From Eledone cirrhosa (lineage: Eukaryota): DNA of 64,000 nucleotides. The notes under the pieces were generated by a model, which ran no database searches, was not told where the DNA came from, and saw only the letters and a list, made by a program, of their open reading frames with translations. Below, one piece after another: positions 37,281 to 50,144 of the stretch. The stretch is from the NCBI GenBank assembly GCA_964016885.1, contig OZ024743.1:44640001-44704000 (forward strand), in the 5' to 3' direction. A program made the position numbers and the translations under genes. Every line of letters begins with the position of its first letter. The first letter of the stretch is position 1.

Positions 37281-37419
37281 CATTATTTCTGAAGACAGCA
37301 TATATATGTGAAGGTATGTATATTCTCTTTGATAGTTTGTATAATTTTGTACATAGATCTTTTGAATATGCATACCAATTCTAACACATATATGTCCTAG
37401 AAACGATCGTAAAATAATG
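37281..37419 (+). ncRNA. Hammerhead motif with ~104-nt stem II (family H)
   Basis: CATTATTT-CTGAAGA-[CATATATATGTG..GGTATGTATATTC..GAATATGCATACC..CACATATATG]-GAAA-CGATCG-TA-AAATAATG; 8-bp stem I. Base of stem II is imperfect. Confidence 0.75.
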
Positions 37420-37614
37420 AACATTTTTTGTTTAATATAAGGAACTGTTTCTTTGTTTATTCATTATTTTTTTAATAATTTATCTTGAATCTGTATTCCG
37501 TTTATCTTTCACCGAAAGTGATTTTTGAATGCATCTCTTCTTTTCATGATATCCGGATTACATTGAGTTCTTCATACGGATTGGACACTACCGTAAACTT
37601 TTGGTAGATTTATC

Positions 37615-37662
<48 letters not shown>

Positions 37663-37755
37663 TTAGTTAAGCAAAACAAGACCACACATTTCACAAGGAA
37701 GACATCATTAAAAGATTGTCAACATATTTAATTTGATGTAAGGAATGTAGAGAAA

Positions 37756-37825
<70 letters not shown>

Positions 37826-37827
<2 letters not shown>

Positions 37828-40800
37828 CACCAACACCAGAAACTAGATACACCACCCACCCCATCATCTGTGTACACTAAACACAACAGCCAGATAACGA
37901 CACATTTTCACCTTCACCGCCACCGCTCACTACGGCCATCATTACCACCACTATCCCAGCACCGCCGCCACCACCCCTTGACTCCGCTACAGCACCATCA
38001 CTACAGTAATACGGTCACATCACCGCCACCACTGCCTCGGTATCGACATCACCACCACCACTGTCTCAGTATCGCTAACGCCGCCAGTCTCCCACTTCCC
38101 TGCTGGCTGCTACTTCCACATTATAGAATTCCTACTACTAACAAAGAGGAAGGCATCAAAATATATAGATAGACCCAAAAGAAAAAAGAAAAAACAAAAA
38201 ACAAAACCAAAGCAGCACAGCAACAACAGCAAAAAACGAGAAAAACAAACAGAGAAAAACAAAAACAAAAAAAAGAAACCCAAAAAACGTAAAGAAAATA
38301 AGAATGAAGAGAGAAGCAGGCGGACGGACAGAGAAGAGGGGGGAAAAACTAAAACTTAAAAAACTAAAACTAAGTCAGACATTCGAACACTACATTACAA
38401 TGAAACTTATGCTTATTCATTTCTGGGGCCCTTTCTGCCTGTGTGTTTGTTTGTTTATGTGTGTTCGTATACAGCGTGGTGATAATGCCACACAAGGGCC
38501 AAGTGGGATGGCGGATCCACAGATGGCTATGTAAACATACATTCGCCAATCCTCGATAAGAGTGTTTAAATATCGAACATAAACAGTTCGAATAACGGTG
38601 AAATGGAGACTAGAACGTCATGTGACAGACTCTCACCCAACAGGTGCCCCCTGGCTCAGCAGCAGGAACCTGACTGTCAACCAAATACTGCTGATGTTGG
38701 AGGAAGGAGAAGAAGGAAAGGGGCCAGAACCAACTGGACGAAAGAATTGAATAGAACTGTTATGCAATGCTACCTGAAAAGTAACCCCAAGGAGAGGGGC
38801 TACAGGAGACGGATGCATAACATCTGGAACGAGATTGGTTTATTTAAATTAGATGAACAAAAATTGGCCGGGCAGGCTCGGGTAATAAGAACTAATGGGT
38901 GGATAAGCGAGCTGGAACTGGAGGAACTGAGCAGAGAGAATGGCTTGGAGATGGCGGGTGTAGTATGCCAGACAAGCGAGCCGGTGGGAAATGAAGGTGA
39001 GGAGGTCCTGAGAACGGAGGAACCACCCGAAGCAGACAATGATCTGAGTACTGAGATAAATAATACCTGGAACAGAGATACGGCCACTGAGGAGATGAAT
39101 GCTGACGGGCTAGGACAAGATTCGGTTGACATCCTAAATTTAGTGGTAGATGAATTGAACAATGATAGTGGGAGACCTATGAACCTAAGATTTGTAGACA
39201 GGAAAAAGTTAAAAGAAACAACAGCTAAGGTAAACAAAGTCATCCCATACCTTGAGGCGAGGAGCCTTCACCAGTGCAACAATATCCTCAGAGCAACAGC
39301 AAATACGGTGAGGAAACTACTTGGTATAAAAGCGAGAGGAAACAACAGACAAGAAAGAGCAGAGCCGTGGTGGAAGAAGCGACTGAGTGGGCAAATCGGG
39401 GAAATGAGAAATGACATAGGAAAGCTTGAGTCACTACTGAATGGGACACTAAAAAACATAGGCACTAAAAATAGACTGGAAATAAAATACAAAACTAGGA
39501 GTAAAAAGCTAAATATTATCATAGAGGAATTGAAGCAACGCATTGTAGCAAAGAGTGCAAAAATCAGGCGATACGAGAACAGAGTCAGTCAGTATAAACA
39601 GAACCGCATGTTCGACAACAACCAGAAGATGCTGTTTGGACAGCTTGAGGGCAAAGAAAGAGGCAACGACTTGATCCCTGGGGCGGAGCAAACTAAAACA
39701 TTCTGGAGAGGAATATGGGAGCAGGATGTTAGACACAATGCCCAGGCAGGGTGGATTGAGACAGTACAGAGGGAGATCGGTGAGCAGGCACAGCAACAGA
39801 CTGATTTGAGTATCACAGTTGAAACTCTTAAGGGACAAGCCAAAAAACTAACCAACTGGAAATCGCCAGGCCCAGATGGTGTGCAGGGGTATTGGATTAA
39901 ACATCTAACATCCCTCCACCCGAAGCTGACGGCCATGTTCAATGACTGCTTGGTGTCGGGTGAGGTGCCAGAGTGGTTGACAAAAGGTACCACAGTTCTG
40001 ATAATGAAAGACCGAATCAAGGGTAATGATGCTACCAACTATAGACCTATCACATGTCTGCCCGTAATGTGGAAACTGTTGACGAGCATTGTGTCTGAGG
40101 AAATCTACCATCACCTCCACACAAACAACTTGTTACCGGACGAACAGAAAGGATGCCGAAAGAAGTCACGTGGTACAAAGGACCAGTTGCTTATTGATAA
40201 GATGGTAATGGGGAATTGCAGGAGGAGACACACTGATCTTGACATGGGATGGATAGACTACAGAAAGGCATTTGACATGGTGCCTCATTCCTGGATCACC
40301 AAAAGCCTGGAGATCTTCAGGGTGGCGGATAACATCAGACAGTTGCTAGGCAGGAGTATGGGGTCCTGGGAGACAGAGTTGACATCAACTGGAGTATCCT
40401 TGGGAAGCGTGAAGATCAAGAGAGGTATCTTCCAGGGAGATAGCCTGTCCCCTCTGTTGTTTGTCCTTGCCCTGATGCCCTTGACCATTATGCTGCGAAA
40501 AGTGAGAGCAGGATACAAGTTGGGAAGGGGAGAGCTTACCATCAATCACCTCCTCTTCATGGACGATCTTAAGCTCTTCGGGAAAAGTGAGAAGGAGTTG
40601 GATGTGCTTGTTGACACTGTCCGTATTTTCAGCAGTGATATATGTATGCAGTTTGGTATTGGTAAATGTGGAGTCATTGTGATGAAGAGGGGTAGGTTGA
40701 GCAGAAGTAACGGGATCCAGATACCAACAGGTGAGATGATAAAGGAAATTGACTCTGAGGAAGGATACCAGTATTTGGGCGTTCTGGAGGCTGATGGCAT

Positions 40801-42080
40801 AAAGAACAAAAAAATGAAGGAATTGTTAAGAACTGAATACATTCGGAGAGTAAGGAGCGTATTGAAGTCACATCTGAACAGCAGAAATGCCATAAGCGCA
40901 GTAAATTCCCGAGCTGTGTCTATTATTAGGTACAGTGCGGGAATTCTGAGATGGAATGTTGCTGAACAGAAAGAAATGGATAGGAAGACTAGGAAGCTAT
41001 TGACTATCTACAACATGTTCCACAAGAGGAGTGATGTCGATAGACTCTACCTAAGGAGATCTGAGGGTGGAAGAGGTCTTATCAGCATAGAGGACTGTGT
41101 TCAGATGGAGAAAACCAACCTATACAAATACGTGACCTATAGTAAGGAGCCAATGCTCAGAGCTGTACTGAAGGAGGGGAAGTAGGCCAGGGGATGTCCA
41201 GGGAGGAAATAACATCAAGGAGGAAGAGCAGCCTTAAGGGAAAACCCCTTCATAGTACCTTCTTTGAGAAAACTGAATTTAGAGATCCACAGACATGGAA
41301 CTGGTTGAGAAGAGGAGACCTCAAAAAGGCTACAGAAGGAATGCTAATGGCTGCGCAGGCGCAGGCCCTCAAAACGAAGTGGTTGAAGCACCATATCTAC
41401 AAGGAGGAGGCCAGCCCACTGTGCAGGATCTGTGGAGAGAGAGAGGAGACTGTGGCTCACATTGTGTCCGAGTGTAAACACCTAGCCCAGACCCACTATA
41501 AGGGCTGGAGACACGATGTGATGGGCAGGGTGATCCACTGGCACCTGTGCAAAGTAAACAATCTACCACATTCTGAGAAATGGTATGAGCATAGGCCAGA
41601 GGCGGTGATGGAGAACAATCAGGTGAAGGTGCTGTGGGATTTTAGGATACAGACGGACAAAAAACTGGAACGCAATTGACCTGACCTGGTGGTTGTGGAC
41701 AAAGAAAAAAGATCGTGCCTGATTGTGGATGTGGCCTGCCCGTTCGACACGAGAGTGCAAGAGAAGGAGAGGGAGAAAATTAACCGATACCAGGACCTAA
41801 AGTGGGAGGTGAAAAGGATTTGGAACTGCCATGAAGTCAAAGTGATCCCGATTGTCATAGGCGCACTGGGGACTATCTCCAAAAGTTTCCAGGGATGGTT
41901 AAAGAAAATCGGCCCCTTCACGCTTTTTGGAACGCTTCAAAAGGCATGCTTGCTTGGAACAGCAAGAACCCTCCGATACGTCCTGAATATCTGAGGCTGC
42001 AGGTAGTGGCTTGATATTCAATCCAACGGACTTTCCAGTTAACCAACATCAATGACTGAGATTCAAGGAATAACAATAGC

Positions 42081-42112
<32 letters not shown>
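37826..42112 (+). mobile_element. Dong/R4-like restriction-endonuclease-type LINE in (TAA)n
   Basis: Single ORF with RT, CCHC and RLE domains; (AAT)n at 37756-37825 and 42070-42112, matching the known TAA preference of Dong elements. Confidence 0.9.
38603..41994 (+). pseudogene. R4/Dong polyprotein (RT, CCHC finger, RLE); frameshift ~41185 and TGA at 41677
   Basis: NWKSPGPDG, NYRPITCL, DYRKAFD, QGDSLSP, FMDD; CRICGEREETVAHIVSEC, WRHD, N*PDLVVVD..IVDVACP. Confidence 0.92.
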
Positions 42113-42113
<1 letters not shown>

Positions 42114-42855
42114 CTTGCCATGGGATTGATAGACTACAGAAAGGCATTTGACATGGTGCCTCATTGTTGGATCACCAAAAGCCTGGAGATCTTCAGGGTG
42201 GCAGATAACATCAGACAGTTGCTAGGCAGGAGTATGGGGTCCTGGGAGACAGAGTTGACATCAACTGGAGTATCCTTGGGAAGCGTGAAGATCAAGAGAG
42301 GTATCTTCCAGGGAGATAGTCTGTCCCCTCTGTTGTTTGTCCTTGCCCTGATGCCCTTGACCATTATGCTGCGAAAAGTGAGAGCAGGATACAAGTTGGG
42401 AAGGGGAGAGCTTACCATCAATCACCTCCTCTTCATGGACGATCTTAAGCTCTTCGGGAAAAGTGAGAAGGAGTTGGATGTGCTTGTTGACACTGTCCGT
42501 ATTTTCAGCAGTGATATATGTATGCAGTTTGGTATTGGTAAATGTGGAGTCATTGTGATGAAGAGGGGTAGGTTGAGCAGAAGTAACGGGATCCAGATAC
42601 CAACAGGTGAGATGATAAAGGAAATTGACTCTGAGGAAGGATACAAGTATTTGGGCGTTCTGGAGGCTGATGGCATAAAGAACAAAAAAATGAAGGAATT
42701 GTTAAGAACCTCCGATACGTCCTGAATATCTGAGGCTGCAGGTAGTGGCTTGATATTCATTCCAACGGACTTTCCAGTTAACCAACATCAATGACTGAGA
42801 TTCAAGGAATAACAACAATAATAATAATAATAATAATAATATTAATAATAATAAT
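42113..42855 (+). mobile_element. Second Dong copy, 5'-truncated and internally deleted
   Basis: 42113-42709 matches 40238-40833, fused to the 41964-42070 3' end; (AAT)n tail. Confidence 0.92.
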
Positions 42856-43460
42856 GTCCGTTTACAATTGTTTCGCTACTCCATATGATATTTTTCGATC
42901 AGATGACTATATATCATAATTGATCTGGTTCGGTTGAATATAATTAACATACTTAAAAGACAGAGCGGCTATCGGAACTTCAAATGAATATAAATTAAAA
43001 TAATGAGAGAATGTTACATAATATAATGTTCCATATATTGGTTTTCACTATGGTGTCTTGGTTGCATCAGTTGGATGCAACCAAGACACCATAGTGAAAA
43101 CCAATGTATGGAACATTCTCTCATTATTTTAATTTATATTCCTTTGAAGTTCCGATGAGCCGCTCTGTCTTTTAAATATGCTAATTATTTTCAACCGAAC
43201 CAGATCAATCATGGTATATAGTCATCTGATCCAGAAATATCATATGGAGTAGCGAAACAATTGTAAACCGACATTATTATTATTATTAATATTATTATTT
43301 TTATTCTCTACATTCCTTACACCAAACTAAAATATGTTGACAATCTTTTAATAATGTCTTCCTTGTGAAATTTGTGATCTTGTTTTGCTTAACTAAAGAA
43401 TATTTCCAGCTCTGCGCACCTAACGTCTGCATGAACCAAGCTACCTAGCTGCTTTCTAAT
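42856..43460. mobile_element. Fold-back mini-element (family I); outer left arm displaced to 37658-37760 by the Dong insertions
   Basis: Turn at ~43071; 43295-43401 is the reverse complement of 37658-37760. Confidence 0.85.
43149..43268 (+). ncRNA. Hammerhead-like motif with ~95-nt stem II and C at core position 4 (family I)
   Basis: GTT-CCGATGA-GCCGCTCTGT..ATGGAGTAGC-GAAA-CAATTG-TA-AAC; damaged mirror at 42860-42978 (-). Confidence 0.6.
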
Positions 43461-44305
43461 GCATATTGCAAATGCCTTTACGCTTTGGCTTCTAACTAAT
43501 TAACCAATCTCTCCTCTCATATATCCTCTCCTATCTCCATCTCTCTCTTTAAGATTGGTTACTCTTGAACTGTGTATATATATATACACACAAGCATACG
43601 ATTATTGCAGCATATACGCATTCATCTGCATCCACAGTCATTATAACATCTACTTTACCACACTCCCACCACCTCCTCTCTCCCTACACATTTAAATATA
43701 TGCATGCGTGTACGCGTTTGCATATCATGGCCCCACGCATCACACATCACCGACATTGAAAAGATGGCTATCACTTCGGGGTGCCTATGTGCTTGTATCA
43801 CCTGCGTGTGCGTCTGGGTTCACGTGGTACCAGGTTACGGTGGTGGAGCGCAGTCGGAGTTCAATATTTCCCAAACTTCATTCCACCTCCACCGCCATCT
43901 CTTCCAGATTCTACCAGCTCAAAAAACACATATACACGAAGTAACCCGACACTTCATAGTTTAGGCTTTTATGGTTGCACCGCCATGTTGTCGTACCTGA
44001 AGATAATCAGTTTCTCTTACGGCCATACCAAGAAATGTGACAAGGCACGATCATGTCCGCCTGCTGCCTCACTTCCTCTACAACCCATTACGGCTATTTC
44101 TACGTGTGTGTAGGTATGTGTACACATATTTTCGCATGCATAGATATTCCTCCTTGTATTGGTCAGCTCACGCAAGGAGACACACACATATACAATCCCA
44201 CAGCAGCCAGCTCTGTTACGGCCTAAAAAAACATTCACTGTTTTGCACAGACAAATGAACATACCAACGTACAAACATATGCATATACACACACACACAA
44301 ACACA

Positions 44306-44410
<105 letters not shown>

Positions 44411-45371
44411 TTCCACTCAATATATGCAACGATTATTTCCTTTTCTAAACCTCTCCAATATCTAAGATGCACACTTACTAGCCTTAACCCAAAATGGCTG
44501 ATGAAACACACTCGTGCTTTTTTCTCAAAAAATTATTTTCACTTCTTTTTTCCTCTCCGAAACTTTAAGACATCTTTCCTAGTACATCAAGCATTCAATT
44601 GCGTCATTGAGCAGGTGGCAAAGTGCCCGATGACAATTTTGACATAAAGATATAAATGATAAATGTGAAGTGAATTTAATTTTGGTGTGGTTTTGTTGTT
44701 TAAATGTCTACCCGATGAAATCCTATATAATTTCCAACAGTAATCCAATGTTACGTCAATCTAAAGTAAATAGAAAGTTGATTCATAGAACGTTCACTAT
44801 TACATTGTGCATAATCAAACGCTCAGTAACTTAACGGTTGTAAACCACTTACAATGATTAATCAACAGACTTTAAAGCTCTCCAATTTACACACTTAACA
44901 CCACTATCAGTAATTATGGGACACATTTGCCTAATGTAATAAAGGATAATTACGAGAATCTAGTGTAAATTAATGATGAATCACTTCGTTTAGACCACAT
45001 TCGGTTTCTCAAATATTCCAATCTTATTCACGAACCCCTTCTCCTATGATACAATATGGACGCATATTAATAAATATTGTTCTCATAACTTAGCAGCGCT
45101 GTTGTGTGTGATTTATTCTTATTTAATAGTATAACCAACTTAATAGTTTCCCTGTGGTGTCTATAACAGCGTGGTTTGTAAGGCTTAGTATTACACACAC
45201 ATTCTTCATCGGTTTCGACGGCAAGCATATTTGAGTACTCTACAGAAACGAGTACGCTTAATGTAACAACATTCTTAGCTTAACTCTTCACTTGGTATTG
45301 AATTGGTATGTATGTGTGAATGTGTGTATGTATGTATATAAGTGTGTATGTATGTATGTATATATGTATGT

Positions 45372-45962
45372 CAGGTCACCAGTTGGTGCTACTGGTAACA
45401 TGTATTCCAGTACAACCTGTCCCATGGTCGGGTCGTTGGCGACTAAACTGGCAACCCCACCAAGGTTTCTTGGTGAGAGGGTGACTTTGGACATCCTGCA
45501 GTACCAAAAACAAAACCTGTCAATAGCTCTTAAGAGTCAATAGCCATCCAAAATCACCGGGAGAGATGACCCCTTAGCCTTTGTCAAGGCAGAATTCTAG
45601 GAGAAGGAAAACTCTGATATAACACCTGCAACCCTGATGTTATCCAATGATGTTGACTTGTTCTTTTTGGTAAATATCATCATGGTTAAGAGAGTGGGAC
45701 TGGCTTTGTGCAGTGCCTTTGCTCACTATAAAAGCTTCACGGCACAGGCATTGCTTTACATCTGGAGATCTCTCTGCACTGGTCGTCACATGGTACCATG
45801 GGCCCAGCACTATGTGTCAATAATTGTCACAAGTGTAGTGTTTGTACCAGAGTTTTCAAGTCGCTGGCTGGACTAAAAAGTCACACTTGTTCAGCGCATC
45901 GGTAGGGGTTCTCCTACATGGATATAAGTTAGTGGCCGTACTCGAAAACGAGTTGACAGCCA
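45372..45962 (+). mobile_element. Probable non-autonomous RTE-related element with structured leader
   Basis: The first ~180 nt are homologous to 61530-61335 (-) and 15005-15200; no ORF. Confidence 0.55.
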
Positions 45963-46239
45963 CCATATATGTATGTATGTATATATGTATGTATGCATAT
46001 ATGTATGTTCTTCTGGTTTTATAATTTCACAAAGTTTTCCCAATAGAGAGAGAGTCGGTTTCTAACATAGACACAATACTCTCTCATTGTAATTTACACA
46101 ACATCAACTAGGTAGATATGTATGTATGCATGCATGTGTAGATATGGATGTTATTGTATGTGTGAATGTGGATGTTTTGAGTTGCATGTGTGCATGTGCA
46201 TATGCTTTGCATCTGTACATGTGTATATGCAGTTATTAG

Positions 46240-49080
46240 ATGCAAAATATTTGGAATATTTTACATATTTTCAATATTCCATTAATGGATTGTACTTGTA
46301 ATTTCCTAACTAGTTGTGTTCTTTCTGTTCCTGTGAGGACTAGCTTCTCAAGATTTGTATTGAGGCAGTTACTATTAATTAGCTGCCCAGCAGATGCCAA
46401 TATAATATCAAAGATTAGTGATTATTGGGGCAGGTGCCCCAATAATCACAGGCATAAATCTGAAGGTGTAATCAGGGTGGAGTATCTGCAGATTTCTCAT
46501 CAGTTCTGCATAAATATTCTCCTTTTCACTAATCTTTGATATTATATTGGCATCTGCTGGGCAGCTAATTTCCACTACCGTGCATGCTTTCTTCTCCCTG
46601 TCCCATATCATAATATCTGGTCTGTTATGCCTGTATTATATTGGGGTTTTTACTGGAACATTCCACCAGTACTCTTTCATATTATGTACATGTATGTCTT
46701 CCACATTGCTGTAGCTTTTGATGTGTTTATTATCGGGATATCTTTTTTACGAACTACATTGTACAGTGTTTTGGCCACTACATCATGCCTCATAGGTAGA
46801 TAGTACCGCGATGACATCTTTGGACAGCTGCTGATGACATGGGTGATATCCTCGATGTTAGTTCTGCAGAGTCTGCACTTGTTATCGCATCTAGGTGTTT
46901 TACCTGCATCCCTATCTCTTTTGTGAATTAGGTATTTCGTGTTAATCTCCTGTTCCTGGATTGCAAAAGCGTATCCTTCAAAGTGGGAGCCAATATAACG
47001 GTTGTTGGTCCAAGATAGACTACTTTACTTATCTATATTACTATGTATGTATGTATATATGTATATATGTATATATGTATGTATGTATTCTAGCCAAACC
47101 CCATTCCTATATTTTCGATAATGTCGTAATAATGTCTAGGCTTTTTTCATACCATTTATATTTTTGGCATAAATTTTGAGGTCAAGGATTTTACTGACAG
47201 TATGAATAGCATCACAGAAATACTGTATGAATAGCATCACACACTGTCTTCTTGAATTATATTCCTGCAATATTCTATTTTTCAGTGACAATATAGACCC
47301 CGCTCTCCATATTTAACTTCAGGGGAGTGGTTCAGGGAGAAGATATGTTCACTATGATTCTGGTTGTGGTATCTAGGACTTTAATGAATCGAGTGGCTTT
47401 AGCATTCAATAGCAGAATCGAATTCTGCCACGCATAAGCTTGGTAGTTTGTTTTTCTTTTTTGCCAATTGGGTTTCTTTAATTGGCAAGATCAAACTTTT
47501 TTCTGCTTATTTCTGCTAAAGTCAACCAGCTCGGTTGGTACATTTGATTTGAGAGCTTTCTTGGTGGTGGTTGATAAGATACATCCGATATAAAATGGGT
47601 TTTGTACCAGTAGCCGACCATCAAGTCCCTTCCTAGTGCTTTCTTATCTGGGATTTTTCCTATCACTGTCTTAAGGATATCATCATTGATGATATATGTT
47701 TTTGATGTAATGCAGGGCCAATTATTCCTTTGTATCTCTTTCGACAACACTACCTCTTAATTGCATTTCTTTTCCTCACTCTACATTATTCTCTAGAAGG
47801 AATCTACGTCAATCTGAAAATGTGCATCAGTGACATTTATATCTATATTACTTTCATATCTCTATACACAGATGTTTGGTTTCGGCTGAACCTTTTAATA
47901 ATCATTTCCTTTTCAGTTATTCTATTCTGCTACTGGACTTTCTAGCTGACAGCTCTACATTCTTGAGATCAATTGTAAGTGAGATCAACTGTAAGTGAGA
48001 TCAATTTGTAAGTGAAGAGTTCTGTTTGTCTCCAAACAACAATTCTATTTTTTCACTTTTTGCTGGTGAGGAGTGTATTTTTTTTGTTCACATGTGATAA
48101 GTATTATCAAATGGCCAATAGTTTTCGAAGGTCAGCGATCTATTTGTTTTCTATTTTTTAAAATATACGATGGGATATTTTATGTTGATTTGAGTCTATT
48201 AACATCTCCATCATCACCAAGATGTCGTTGCTACGGCATATAAACAGACATTTATTTGCCACAATGTAGGGGCTTTAATTTGTCGTCAATATTCACCTCC
48301 AATTTCGTCGATAGCACGAAGAGTTTCTTTATTTAGTTTCTTGTTTTCATTTTTCGTTTTATGCCTTTTTATGAAGAGGAAGTTTTATACACAGATTAAT
48401 CTTCGTTTCGAATGTTTCTGTAAGGATATATTTTATGTTTACGCTTTTATGCTTTTCATTTTCCCGGCTATTTGTATACTTATTGTCATTGACTGTATTT
48501 TGATGTTGATGGTTATTGTCGATGCGAGATATAACAGTCAAGGTAAAGTCACTTGTGACACGTAGTGTCAAATTTTTCAACGGTACACCTATTTCAAGAG
48601 ACTGTTTGTGTACTGTTGTTGTTTGTTTTTGATAGTCGGACAGGCTGCTTGGAAAACCTAGTAACATGGCCGCCAGTTATGAAACGTGAAGGTTGCTTGC
48701 CGATCAAGGAGACTGCTCACTTAGAGTTGTTTTTGTACATGTTTCACACCAGTCTTGCTGTTCTATTCACTTTTATACTATTTTGACGTTCAACAAACGT
48801 TGCATGCTGGCGTAATTGTTTGGCTGTGAACAAATTATATCTGGTTGAAGTCCGTTTCGGTCTAGCTGCATTCTGTCCATATAGCCAACAGAGAGATCTT
48901 TTTCTGCCATTGTATAACAATTAAATCGGTCGTAATTGGGTTCGTCACTTCAAGAAAATTACGATTTATAGTTTCGGTCCCTTCTGTAACGTCAACTGAA
49001 ATGATTCTGTTGAACTTTCTCGTCGTTATTTTCCCTTCAATTTAATATTATTGATGTTGATGTTATCCTGTCCAGCCATT
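46240..49080 (-). mobile_element. Old, fragmented RLE-type (R4/NeSL-like) LINE
   Basis: FAIQEQEI..CRLCRTNIEDITHVISSC..MRHD (~46790-46970), NRPDIMIWD..VVEISCP..VIIGA (46430-46630), and KKALGRDLMVGYWYK (~47600-47650). 5' limit uncertain. Confidence 0.7.
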
Positions 49081-49689
49081 GTAAAGTGAATTTAATATTT
49101 AGAGCAAAGATTCTCAACCCATTTCGGCCAAACGCCCCCTTTTGCCCCTCGAAATCACGATACGCCCCCTACCCTATTTTTCCATTTTTCAGAATACTAC
49201 TGAATTTGATATCAGTAGATTACTGGGCCAAATCAAATTATCTTAGAATCTTTAAAAAAATACTCGTACGAATTAGATACAAAAAAGTTTCAGTCCAAGA
49301 CAAAAGCAAGCTATTTCAAATTATATATTTAAAAAAAAAAAAAAGATTTGATCTCAGTCGAAAAAGCTTTTTTTGTTTAAATTCTATATTTCACTAATAG
49401 CTGTTGTAATATTTTGAGTGGATAGACAATTCTACAATTCAAACTGTAAAGTCAAAATACAAAAGATGCAAAATATGAGAATTTCTTACCTTTCTTTGAA
49501 ATCACAAACTCAGGGTAAAAATAGTACCTTGCAAAATAAAATACCTCGTAGCAAAATATAATACTTGGTAGCAACGAATGAACTGAGAAGCTTGGTGACA
49601 GTGAGAAAGCCATATATGTATCCCTTATATATATATATACATAGATAGATACACACACACACATATATATATATATATAAACGCGCACG

Positions 49690-49767
<78 letters not shown>

Positions 49768-49883
49768 CATTAACACATACACACACTCAAACCTGTGAGT
49801 GTGTGCCTTGGTTTTGGTACAGAAAGAATTTTGTCTCCAGTTTTTATTGCTAGGTCAAAAGCCACTGCTCTTTTTTAACAACG

Positions 49884-49940
<57 letters not shown>

Positions 49941-50079
49941 AAGGTTAAACAAGGTTCAATGAATAAATCAAAGAATGCGTTTTACAATAGATTGGAAGCA
50001 CTCAACAGCAATGATTTTCCGGAGTTATTAATATTAATTCAAAATATTAACAAAAATAGAACTTCTTCTGATCAAGTAT

Positions 50080-50144
50080 ATTTTATTATACATATTTCAG
50101 AGGTACTGAGCTAACTTCAACAGTTCGTCCTCATCAGATAAAAT
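50080..50144 (-). ncRNA. Hammerhead motif (family A) in a single-armed pLTR starting at (TA)n ~49940
   Basis: ATTTTAT-CTGATGA-GGACGAACTG..CAGTACCTCT-GAAA-TATGTA-TA-ATAAAAT. Confidence 0.75.

Noticed and set aside
41677-41679. In-frame TGA in the Dong RLE as possible readthrough
   Set aside because: Falls at the Arg of the usual NRPD motif; a point mutation is sufficient.
43704-44113. Overlapping short ORFs in a GC-richer unique patch
   Set aside because: No recognisable protein features; cannot support a CDS.
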